From: Malacoraja senta
Taxonomy: Eukaryota
DNA: 64,000 nt
Direction: 5' to 3'
Assembly (NCBI GenBank): GCA_038087875.1
Contig: CM075997.1
Coordinates: forward strand, 310,001-374,000
The stretch's first letter is position 1. Each line of letters begins with the position of its first letter. The notes under the pieces are model-generated. The model searched no databases and had not been told where the DNA came from. It saw nothing but the letters and a program-made list of their open reading frames with translations. Position numbers and translations under genes: made by a program. Of the stretch, positions 53,118 through 64,000 are shown in pieces.

Positions 53118-53635
53118 AGTACCCATGTTTGCCGCCACCCCCACATCCTCTTGTGATTCATTGAACGCAGCAGCTGTGGCAGATCCACAAACCCACTTGC
53201 ATTTATATGTCATATTTAACATAGCAAAATATTACAAGGATCTACGCGGGTCTGTTAACAAATAAATCAGTGCTAAGCCAGGTGTGAGGAGAAGAGCGGA
53301 TGATGGAAAGCTTGCTCAACAGGCTTGGCTTCAAGTGGCATGGTCAAGTGCGAGGGGGGGGGGAAGAATTTGCAACACAGCTGAGTTTACAGAGGGAACC
53401 CAGAGTTGAAGGTGTGCCAACAGTGAAGCAATCTGGATTTATGCAGATCCAAAAATCCTGCTTATGCAGAGCAAATGCATGCCTTATCCAAGCATCTGTG
53501 TTACAACACCCGCATTCACTGCCTAAAGAAGGGTCCCAAACTGAAATGTTGCATATTCCTTGTTCTCCAGGGTTGGAGCACAGACCTCTGAATGTTGCTG
53601 GGCCTGAGAAAAATTAGTCAGGAGAGGCTCTGTAA

Positions 53636-53967
53636 AGGGCCTGTCCCACTTACGATTTTTTCGGCGACTTGCCGGCACCCGTCATAGTCGCAGCAGGTCG
53701 CCGAAATGTTTCAACATGTTGAAAATCCAGCGGCGACCAGAAAAAGTTACGACTCTTTGGGCGACTACTCACCACCATACAGGCGTCACCCCACAACATG
53801 TCGACACGTGACGCCTGTACGGCCGTGAGTAGTCGCTCAATGAGTCGTACCTTTTTCTGGTCGCTTCTGCATTTTCAACATGTTGAAAATTTTCGGCGAC
53901 CTGCTGCGGGCGGCTAAGACGGGTGCCGGCAAGTCGCCGAAAAAATCGCGCAAGTGGGACAGGCCCT
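53636..53967. mobile_element. PIF/Harbinger-type palindromic MITE
   Basis: TIR AGGGCCTGTCCCACTT...AAGTGGGACAGGCCCT, near-complete internal palindrome, TAA target duplication at 53633-53635 and 53968-53970. A half-copy lies at about 1975-2112. Confidence 0.88.
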
Positions 53968-54315
53968 TAAGGTAGTGAAAATTGACGTGAAATTTTTAAC
54001 ATCAAAGCATTGAACAAACAGAAACCACAGTAGGACTGACGATGAATTGGGATTAGGTGCAGGTTAGGACATGTTGAGAAGAGTTTTGGATATCTCTGTT
54101 TAGGGAGAATAGGAATGTGTTATTATTGTCATCAGGTTTGCTGGTAAAGATATATGGGGGAATTCAGCAGCAGAACTGGGACAGGAATATGTAGATTCTT
54201 TTCTTTATTAACTTTAATATGTTGCTTTACCCAACCAATCTTGCATTAATAGTTATGCTTATGTTGAACGAAGGCATACTTTATCCAAGCATCTGTGTTA
54301 TGACACTCGCATTCC

Positions 54316-54720
54316 GACCCGAAATGTCACCTATCCATGTTCTCCAGAGATGGCGCCTGACCCGCTGAGTTACTCCAGCACTCTGTGAAACGTCACCTAT
54401 CCATGTTCTCCACAGATGCTGCCTGACCCGCTGAGTTACTCCAGCACTCTGTGAAACGTCACCTATCCATGTTCTCCACAGATGCTGCCTGACTCGCTGA
54501 GTTACTCCAGCACTCTGTGAAACGTCACCTATCCATGTTCTCCACAGATGCTGCCTGACCCGCTGAGTTACTCCAGCACTCTGTGAAACGTCACCTATCC
54601 ATGTTCTCCACAGATGCTGCCTGACCCGCTGAGTTACTCCAGCACTCTGTGAAACGTCACCTATCCATGTTCTCCACAGATGCTGCCTGACCCGCTGAGT
54701 TACTCCAGCATTTTGTGTCT
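54316..54720 (+). repeat. 66-bp tandem array
   Basis: About 6 copies. Confidence 0.95.
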
Positions 54721-55523
54721 AATCCATATTGGATATAATTTGAGGGGAATCCAGAGCCCTCATTCTCTGCAGTGAAGCAAAAGAGATGGAATTCGTCTCG
54801 GTGAGCACAGAGTGAGAGCAATTACTTTCCAGAAATAACAATCACAGCTATCCTAGCACTGCCTTGTGTAGTTGTACGCTAAATTTAGTTTCAACCACCA
54901 CAAATGCTCCTAGCTGTAAGAGACCGCTGTTCTATCACATGCAATTTGCTGGCTGTCTTCCCTCTCATTTTGAGAGATTACACACTGCAAAAACGTCACT
55001 TCAATGGTTAGTCCAACTTCTTTTCAACAGTATAAAGTCCCAGTGTTGAGCAGAGGAGAACTTCTTCAAAGTTTAAAGAAGGCTCCTGACCAGTTTGTTT
55101 TAGTTCATTGTCACGTGTACCGAGCTACAGTGAAAAGCTTTTTGTGTTGTTGTTTGTTATCCAGTCAGCGGAAAGATAATATGTACATGATTACAATGTA
55201 CGGAAACAGGATAAAGTCTGTCCATATCCTCCACAGATGCTACCTGACCCGCTGACTTCCTCCACCTGTTTGTTTTTTGCTCTATATAAAATCCTATCGC
55301 TTATAGGCCATCACTGATAGTATGATTGATTCAAGCAATCGGTGGTGAAAACGAGCTTGTACTGCAACCTCACCACTCCGTCCACACTCCAGATTCTGAA
55401 TGGACGCCATTTCCTCGCCCCATTTATGCTTCTAATAATTCTTTTTGATTCACAAATCTTAAAGGCTGACTCAGTAAAAGTGTAGACACGAGGAACTGTG
55501 GATACTACCAATTTGTGTTGGAA

Positions 55524-56310
55524 TGCTGGAGTAACTCAGCGGGTCAGGCAGCATCTGTGGAGCGAAGGAAATGGGCAACCTTTCGGGCCGAAACCCTGAA
55601 GGAAATAGGCAACGTTTCGGGCCGAAACCCGGAAGGGTTTCGGGCCGAAACGTTGCCATTTCCTTCGCTCTATAGATGCTGCCGGAACATGGATAGGTGA
55701 CGTTTCCCAGAGTGCTGGAGTAACTCAGCGGGTCAGGCAGCATCTGTGGAGAACATGGATAGGTGACGTTTCACAGAGTGCTGGAGTAACTCAGCGGGTC
55801 AGGCAGCATCTGTGGACAACATGGATAGGTGACGTTTCACAGAGTGCTGGAGTAACTTAGCGGGTCATTTAGCATCTGTGGACAACATGGATAGGTGACG
55901 TTATTGGTCGAGACCCTTTTCAGACTGAGAGTCAGGGGAAAGGGAACTGAGAGATATAGATAGCACATAGAACAAATGAATGAAAGATATGCAAAATGCA
56001 ACGATGATCAAGGAAGGTGGAGCCCACAATGGCCCATTGTGGCTGTGGGGTGGGGTGATAACGAGTAATGCAGACAGTGAAAACCCAACAGGACGCCAGC
56101 GAAACTCGTACAACGACTAGGGTGGGGGGAGGGATGGAGAGAAGAGGGGATGCAAGGGTTACTTGAAGTTAGAGAAGTCAATGTTCATACTGCTGAGGTG
56201 TAAGCTGCCAATCGAAATATGAGGCGCTGTTCCTCCAATTTGCACTGGGCCTCACTGACAATGGAGGAGGCCCAGGACAGAATGTTTCAGTGTGGGAATG
56301 GGAGGGGGAT
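55524..56310 (-). mobile_element. Penelope-like element fragment continuing into a composite 66-bp array
   Basis: 56160-56310 matches the GIY-YIG-like segment at 22630-22770; downstream on - come the hammerhead head (about 55896-55923) and 66-bp units. Confidence 0.75.
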
Positions 56311-59232
56311 TTAAAATATTTGAAACATCACCCATTCCTTCCCTCCAGAGATGCTGCCTGTCCCGCTGAGTCACTCCAGCATTTTGTGTCTACCTTCGAT
56401 TTCAACCAGCATCTGCAGTTCTTTCTTCCACAGGGGTTAATTGATGACTGACTTGCAAATTGTTTGTAATGTATAGAGTTTAGTTTAAAGAGATACAGCA
56501 CGGAAACAGATCCGTCAGCCCACCGAGGCCACGTCGACCATCGGTGACCCGTTCACACTAGATCTACGTTATCCCACTTTCTCATCCACTCCCTACACAC
56601 CAAGGACATTTACAGAGGCCAACTAACCTTCAAAACCACACGGGATGTGGAAGGAAACCGGAGCACCCGGTGGAAACCCACATGGTCACAAGGAGAAGGT
56701 GTAAACTCCACTCTGACGGTATCTGAGCAGCCATGATCTAACTGGGGTCTCTGGCGCTGTGAGGCAGCAGCTCTACCTGCCGTGCCACAGTGCCGCCACA
56801 ATGAGTGGTAACATTTAAAGAGAATTGATGGGAATGTGGAGAGAATAAAATGGGTTGAGGTAATAAATAAAATATCCAGTTACTGTTTGCGATTTGGGGA
56901 ATCTTTACAATGCAGTGGTTGGTTTAGAAGTGCTCATTCCTTTCCTTTGTAACTATGGTCAGTGCATCTACGGCACATCAAAGGGGTCTATTTCTGTACT
57001 GTGCCTGCCTGTCTGTGGTTCTAAGGGCTCTGCCCACAACATTGAAAATAGCGATGGAAAATAATGGTTGAGTGGGCCGGAGGGAGACAGGCCCCCAGCA
57101 GGCTGCCGACCTTAGTTTAGTTTAGAAACACAATGCAGAAACTGGCCCTTTGGCCCATTGAGTCCGTGTCGACCACCGACCACACTAGCCAATTAACCTA
57201 CAAACCTGCACGTCTTTGGAATGCGAGATTCAACTAGACCATGCAGAGAAAACCCACACAGGTCACGGGGAGAAGGTACAAACTGTACAGACAGAAGCCG
57301 TAGTCAGGATCAAACCAGGGTCTCTGGCGCTGTGAGGCAGCAACTCTACCGCTGCGCTGCACTAGTGACAACATATTTTCCCTGATTTGGGACGAGTTTG
57401 TAGTTATACGGTCGGACTTCTCGTTGATCTCGTTAAAACCATCGTTTAAAACTAAGCTTAAATATTCTTAATGTTCTTCAATTCGAGGAACTGGATGTCT
57501 GATTAATGGTCATTGTGGGCCTTTACTCTGCACATTGATGACACATTTTGGGACATGTTTGGGCTGTGCTGGGTGCTAGCAACTATAGGCCTTAGATATG
57601 TTTCCCCTCCTCTCTTCCCACCTCCCCCACAGAGTATGAGAGGCAGAGTTAGGCAGCTGGTAGAGCTGCTACCTGACTGTGCCAGAGAGGGTGCCGTCTG
57701 TGGAGTTTGCACGTTCCCTCTGATCGTATGGGTTTAACTCTGACAGCTCCGGTTTCCTCCCACAAACCAAAGACGTTCAGATTTACAGGTTAATTACCCC
57801 AAGTGTGTACACAGTGGATGCAGAAGTGGGATAACATAGAACCAGTGTGAACGGGTGGTTGATGGTTGGTGTGGACTAAGTGGGCTAAAGGGCCTGTATC
57901 TATGCTGTATGTTTCAACCAAAAATCATGGGGCTCTTTATAGCCCCACGGAACCAGTTGCTCATTCATGTGGAATTCTGCATAATTCAGAATAAAAGGAC
58001 GTACCTTTAGAAAGATGAGGTGGAATTTATTTTGTCACAGGGTGGTGAATTTGTTGAATTCATTGCCACGGACAACTTTGGAGGCCAAGTCAATGGATAG
58101 TTTTAAGGCGGAGATTGACAGATTCTTGATTGTAGGTTATGGGAAGAAGGCAGGAGAATGGGGTTGAGAGGGAAGGATAGATCAGCCATGATTGAATGGC
58201 GGAGTAGACTTGATGGGCCGAATGACCTCATTCTGCTCGCATAACTTCTGAACTAATTTTGTGTAATGAGACTCTTCAACGGTGGACACCATCACAACTG
58301 AGTTGACTCCTGCCCACCCAGCAGAACAGGCAGAAACCCAGGGAAATTATTTCCAGGCTGGTCATACACCGCCCCCAACAACTGAACCATTGGAGAAACC
58401 TGATTAGTTAAAGAGGAGGAAAAAAATGTTTGGCACTTGAAGCACGGAACGTAAACAGAGGGAGGGAGGGAGGGAAGCGATTTGTAGGATGGGCTGTCAT
58501 TGGTATTTAAAAGTGCTGTGGCTTCACAGTGTCCAAAGAAGATGTCCTCCCGTCTGTGTAGGCACACGTCTCTGCTTCGATGCGAGGGGAGCCTAGCTGT
58601 GAGACAGACCTGTTACCACACCGTGAGTCAATTGAATGAGAAAGGGAATTTGCGAGTATAGATATTTTACTTTTGACCGTTGCCCGTGGTACTTTAAAGC
58701 GAGTTATTCTCTTGCGTTTGGTGCGATGCCCGCCGGCAATAAATTCTACAAACGTTGGCAGCAGTTTGAACAGTTTCTGCCGCGCATTGTCAGGTGCGTG
58801 GTCAGAAATGTCATAGTATTTATAGCGGTCTTGTAATGGTGATGAAGTTCCTGTGGAAGCTTATCAGAATTATTCCATGCACAGTCAGTTGTTAAAAATA
58901 CAAGTTGGGTTTACGCATGTCTTATTTTAGTACCTCATCAGCCTGGTTTCCCCCCCTACTTAAAATGTTTTAGAGTCATAAAGAGATACAGCATGGGAAT
59001 GGGCCGTTCGGCCCACTGAGTCCGTGCCGACCATCGACCCTCCATTCACACTAATCTTCCTTTAATTCCATTTGCCATCACCTGCACTAGGGCAATGTAG
59101 TTTGTTTGTTTGGAGATACAGCGTAGAAACAGGACCTTTGGCCCAGCCTGTCCATGCCAATCATCGATCAACCCATTCACACCAGTTACACTTTCACATC
59201 CACCCACCTACATACTAGGGGCAGTTTACAGA

Positions 59233-59478
59233 GGCACGGTGGCGCAGCGGTAGAGTTGCTGCCTTACAGCGAATGCAGCGCCGGAGACCCGGGTTCGATC
59301 CCGACTACGGGTGCTGTCTGTACGGAGTTTGCACGTTCTCCCCTTGACCTGCGTGGGATTTCTCTGAGATCTTCGGTTTCCTCCCACACTCCAAAGGTTT
59401 GTAGGTTAATTGGCTTGGTGTATGTGTAAATTGTCCCTAGGGGTAGCGTTAATGTGCGGGGATCACTGGTCGGCGCGG
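59233..59478 (+). mobile_element. tRNA-derived V-type SINE (representative; many copies)
   Basis: A box TGGCGCAGCGG, B box GGTTCGATCCC and GGTTTCCTCCCAC core; other copies at about 13085-13385, 45500-45800 and 60160-60478. Confidence 0.85.
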
Positions 59479-59744
59479 AATAGGTGACGTTTCAAATCGA
59501 GACTTCTTCAGTCTCGACCTGAAACGTCACCTATTCCTTTTCTTCCAGAGATGCTGCCTGACCCGCTGAGTTACTCCAACATTTTGTGTCTCTCTTCAGT
59601 GGAAATTGTTCCCTTATTGTCTATCATTTGGTTAGATTGTGGCTAACCTGTGAATTAAGTATATATGATTGTAATTTCCTAACAATCATTTTTTTTTTTA
59701 AAGCCATCAAAGTGGTTTAACATAATTGAGTGTGTGTCTGTGTG

Positions 59745-59784
<40 letters not shown>

Positions 59785-61500
59785 GCCTCACCTTGCTCCT
59801 CCACGACCTGACACCAGTTCACAGATGGAGCCTCGAGTCAAGAGTGTTTTATTGTCATGTGCCCCGATAGAAAAATGAAACTCTTACTTGCAGCAGCACA
59901 ACAGAATATGTAAACCTCGTACAATGTAAACAATATCATAAACGAGAAACCCAGTTCAGTGTGTGAGTAAATATATGTCCGTACACATAAACACTTACAG
60001 ATACTAATTGTGCACAAAGACATAAAACAATGCCCCCAAGTAAGTCCATGTAGTTCGGAGCTTATTTGGAGGTTGTATTGTTTAATAGGTTGATGACTGT
60101 AGTGAAAAAGTCATTCCTGAACCTGGACGTTACAGTTTTCAGGCTCCTATATCTTCTTAGTTTAGCTTCAGTTTAGAGATACAGCGCAGAAACAGGCCCT
60201 TCGGCCCACCGGGTTCGCGCCGACCAGCGATCCCGGCACACTAACACTATCCTACACACTAGGGACAATTTTTACATTTATACCAAGCCAATTAACCTAC
60301 AAACCTGTACGCCTTTGGAGTGCGGGAGGAAACCGAAGATCTCGGAGAAAACCCACGCAGGTCACGGGGAGAACGTACAAACTCCGTACGGACAGCACCC
60401 GTAGTCGGGATCGAACCCGGGTCTCCGGCGCTGCATTCGCTGTAAGGCAGCAACTCTACCGCTGCACCACCGTGGCCACCCTTCCTGATGGCAGGAGTGA
60501 TATGAGAGTGTGGCCAGGGTGGTGTGGGTCTCTGCTGATGCTGGCTGCCTTTTAGAGACAGTGCCTCCTGTAGATCCCTTTGATGGTGGGGAGGTCAGAG
60601 CCTACAATGGACTAGGCAGTGTCCAGCACTTTTTAACCTCGTAACGCTCCATCACCTGTTTTAATTTCCCTCTGTCTACTCAAACAGTTTTCTACCTTGA
60701 TACGTTTCAAATGTCATTCAAACGGACACATAGCTGCAATACACATTGGATTGTGAGATCTGACAGTACTTTGGTACCAGTGTAACAAGGTCACCGAGTG
60801 CTGGAGTAACCTTGAAAAGTCCCAATCCAAAATGTAACCAGTGCATGTTCTCCAGGGGTGCTACCTGACCAGCTGAGTCACTCCAGCACTTTGTGTCTTT
60901 GTTTTGTAAACCAGCATCTGCAGATCCTCGTTTTAGGCGAGAGCAAAGCTTGCCGCAACACCTGGGATGTTTTTGAACCATTCATCTCTCATCCTCCAGG
61001 TGGCAGCCTCGTACTACATTTCACCCTCGGCATTTGTCTTCATGTAGCAACAAGCATCATCGATCGGCCCATGTAAAAACAAGTTCCTCTGGCAAATTCA
61101 TCCAATGCAAAGCCTCAGTTGCTGTAGCTCTTGTAGAACATAGAAGATAAAACAGTACAGCACAAGAATGGGCCCTTCGGCCCACAATGTCCGTGCCGAA
61201 CATGATGCCAAGTTCAACTGATCGCATCTGCCTGTACATGATCCATATCCCTCCATTCCCTGCACGTATATGTGCCTATCTAAAGACCTCTTGAACACCA
61301 CTATCATTTCTGTCTCCATCACCACCGCTGGCAATGTATTCCAGGCATCCATCACTCTGTGTAAAAGATAAACTTGCTCCGCACATCTCCATAAAACTTT
61401 CCTCCTCTCATTATATAGCTATGCCCACTAGTGTTGGATATCTCCACCCTGGGGAACAAAGTTTTGACTGTCTACCCTATCTGCGCCTCTTGTAATGTTA

Positions 61501-61745
<245 letters not shown>

Positions 61746-61779
61746 GTTTTGTGTAGGAAGGACCTGCAGGTGCTGGTTC

Positions 61780-62340
61780 AGACAATAGATGCAGGAGTCG
61801 ACCATTCGGCCCTTCAAGCCAGGTGATCATGGCTGATCAGCCACAATCAGTACCACGTTCCTGCCTTCTCCCCATATCCCCTAACTCCGCTATCTTTAAG
61901 AGCTCTATCCAACTCTCTCTCTTGGAAGCATCCAGAGATTGGCCTCCACTGCCTTCTGAGGCAGAGAATTCCACAGATTCACAACTCTCTGGGTGAAAAA
62001 GTTTTTCCTCGTCTCCGTTCTAAATGTCCTACCCCTTATTCTTAAACCGTGGCCCCTGGTTCTGGACTCCCCCAACATCGGGAACATGTTTCCTGCCTCT
62101 AGCGTTTCTAATCCCTTAATAGTCTTAAATGTTTCAATAAGATATCCTCTCATCCTTCTAAATTCCAGTGTATACAAGCCGAGTCGCTCCATTCTTTCAA
62201 CATATGACAGTCCTGCCATTAACCTCGTGATCCTACGCTGCACTCCCTCAGCAAGAATGTCCTTCCTCAAATTTGGAGACCAAAACTGCACACGATACTC
62301 CAGGTGTGGTATCACTAGGGCCCTGTACAACTGCAGAAGC
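61780..62340 (-). mobile_element. CR1-type LINE 3' fragment
   Basis: ORF 61905-62342 LYRALV.PHLEY.VQFWSP...RTRGH.LRI. Confidence 0.9.
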
Positions 62341-62482
62341 AAGTTCTGACCCGAAACGCCACCCGTTCCTTCTCTCTGAAGATGCTGCCTGTCCCACTGA
62401 GTTACTCCAGAATTTTGTGTCTACCTTCTATATATATGTTTTATCCTCTGTCGTGATAATGTGCCTATCTGTTCTGTCGCAG

Positions 62483-62630
62483 GTGGTCAAAGTAAAACCA
62501 AATGACAAGGATGCAAAAATGAAATACCAAGAATGCAATAAAATCGTCAAGCGGAAAGCGTTTGAGCGTGCAATAGCAAATGATGAGCTGAAGAGATCGG
62601 TGGTAGACTCTTTGGATATAGAGAGCATGA
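62483..62630 (+). CDS. PPP5C: Serine/threonine-protein phosphatase 5, internal exon (end of TPR region)
   Basis: ttctgtcgcAG|gtg...atga|GTaagt; 148 nt; VVKVKPNDKDAKMKYQECNKIVKRKAFERAIANDELKRSVVDSLDIESM, near-identical to vertebrate PP5. Confidence 0.95.
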
Positions 62631-63144
62631 GTAAGTATCCAAGATGGTTGGCTTTTAATATGGAGACCGTCATGTTCTGCTTTATTTAACCCTTGAACTC
62701 TTGGAATGAGTTAACACAACCTGTAGCTATTTGGCCCGTTTCCATTCACTGTCTTGGAGGGCAGGCATGGACCTAATTTGGCACTGCTGCAGTTCCTCTC
62801 CTTCCCCTCCCAATACCCCGTCCCCTCCACGGACAATGCCCCTCCAACCCACCAACCTGTCGAAGTACGGTGTCAGAGTCACACAGCGTGGAAACTGGCC
62901 CTTCGGCCCACCTTGCCCGCGCCGGCCAACATGTCCCATCTACACTAGTCCCACCTGCCTGCATTTGGCCCATATCCCTCCAAACCTGTCCTATCCATGT
63001 AGCTGTCTAATTGTTTCTGAAACGTTGCAATAGTGTCTGCCTCAACTACCTCCTCTGGCAGCTCATTCCATACCCCCACCACTCTTTGTGTGTAAAAAGT
63101 TACCCCTCGGGTTCCTATTTTTTTCCCCCCTCACCTTAAACCTA

Positions 63145-63228
63145 CAGTGCCCTCCATAATGTTTGGGACAAAGACCCGTCATTTATTTATTTGTCTCTGT
63201 ACTCCACAATTTGAGATCTGTAATAGAA
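63145..63228 (+). mobile_element. Tc1/mariner-like terminal fragment
   Basis: TA followed by CAGTGCCCTCCATAATGTTTGGGAC, a Tc1-type TIR start; no partner end seen. Confidence 0.5.
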
Positions 63229-64000
63229 TGACCTTTAGAGCTAAGATGTTGAAGCCTCTGTCCCTGAAGCAAAGTTCTCTATGCTTCATACTCACAGCTG
63301 AAGAGAGAGCTGCCATGACACTCCATTCATTTCCACACAGAAATCAAATATTATCCTTTCCCAGTTATTAGACATTCCTAAAAAGGTATTTTCCACAGAA
63401 CATGCTATGTATTTCTCCCGATTGTCCTTCCTGTGTGAACGTGACTTCAGAACTACTTAATCAACTGTAAAGTACTTCAGAATACCTCAAAGAACCGTCT
63501 ATTGACTAAACTCAAGGCTTAGCACACATTATTACTCCATTGCGGTGCGGGCAGCTAAGAGTCACAGGCTGGTATGTCAGGCTTATTACCACACTTGTTA
63601 AGTGCTGTTCTTCACAATACCCTATCGGGGATTCTCTTTGTGTTTTTGGTTTCAAAATATACCCCAAATGCGAGCAGAGCACCAAGGCAAATTCCTTGTA
63701 TGTGTACATACTTGGCCAATAAACCTATTCATTCATTCATTCATTCAAATCTTTCTTACTGCATAGAACAGGTCCTCAGCCACAATGTCACAGAGTCATA
63801 GAGTGATACATTGTGGATACAGGCCCTTCGGCCCAACTTGCCCACACTGGACACTAGTCCCACCTGCCTGCGTTTGGTCTATATCCCTCCAAACTTGTCC
63901 TATCCATGTAATCAGATTTGCGAGACATGACCTCCCACGTACAAAACCATGCTGACTATCCCTAATCACCCCTTGCCCATCCAAATGCTTGTTATAACCT

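Noticed and set aside
59233..59310. tRNA gene
   Set aside because: A and B boxes belong to a multi-copy SINE head; no complete cloverleaf.

Overview
Repeat-dense vertebrate genomic DNA; the repeat families (CR1 LINE tails, tRNA-derived V-type SINEs, Penelope-like elements, Rex/Babar, L1) suggest a cartilaginous fish such as a skate or ray (inference). Three spliced genes are supported. (1) A + strand TRAF3/TRAF5-family gene (9 exons expected, 8 found, 20521-35171) with RING, zinc fingers, coiled coil and an intact TRAF/MATH domain. It mixes TRAF3 and TRAF5 features, and three internal exons are frameshifted as assembled. (2) The 3' eight coding exons of a DMPK-type myotonic dystrophy kinase on the - strand (52031 to 39880), tail-to-tail with the TRAF gene. 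(3) One PPP5C exon (62483-62630, +) beyond a 200-N gap. The TRAF/DMPK arrangement mirrors human TRAF3/CDC42BPB, suggesting an additional whole-genome-duplication paralogue of TRAF3/5 with no mammalian counterpart I know of. The window also has many Penelope-type minimal hammerhead-ribozyme motifs, tandem arrays derived from them, and Harbinger, hAT and Tc1-type DNA elements. All comparisons with human proteins are from recall, not database searches.
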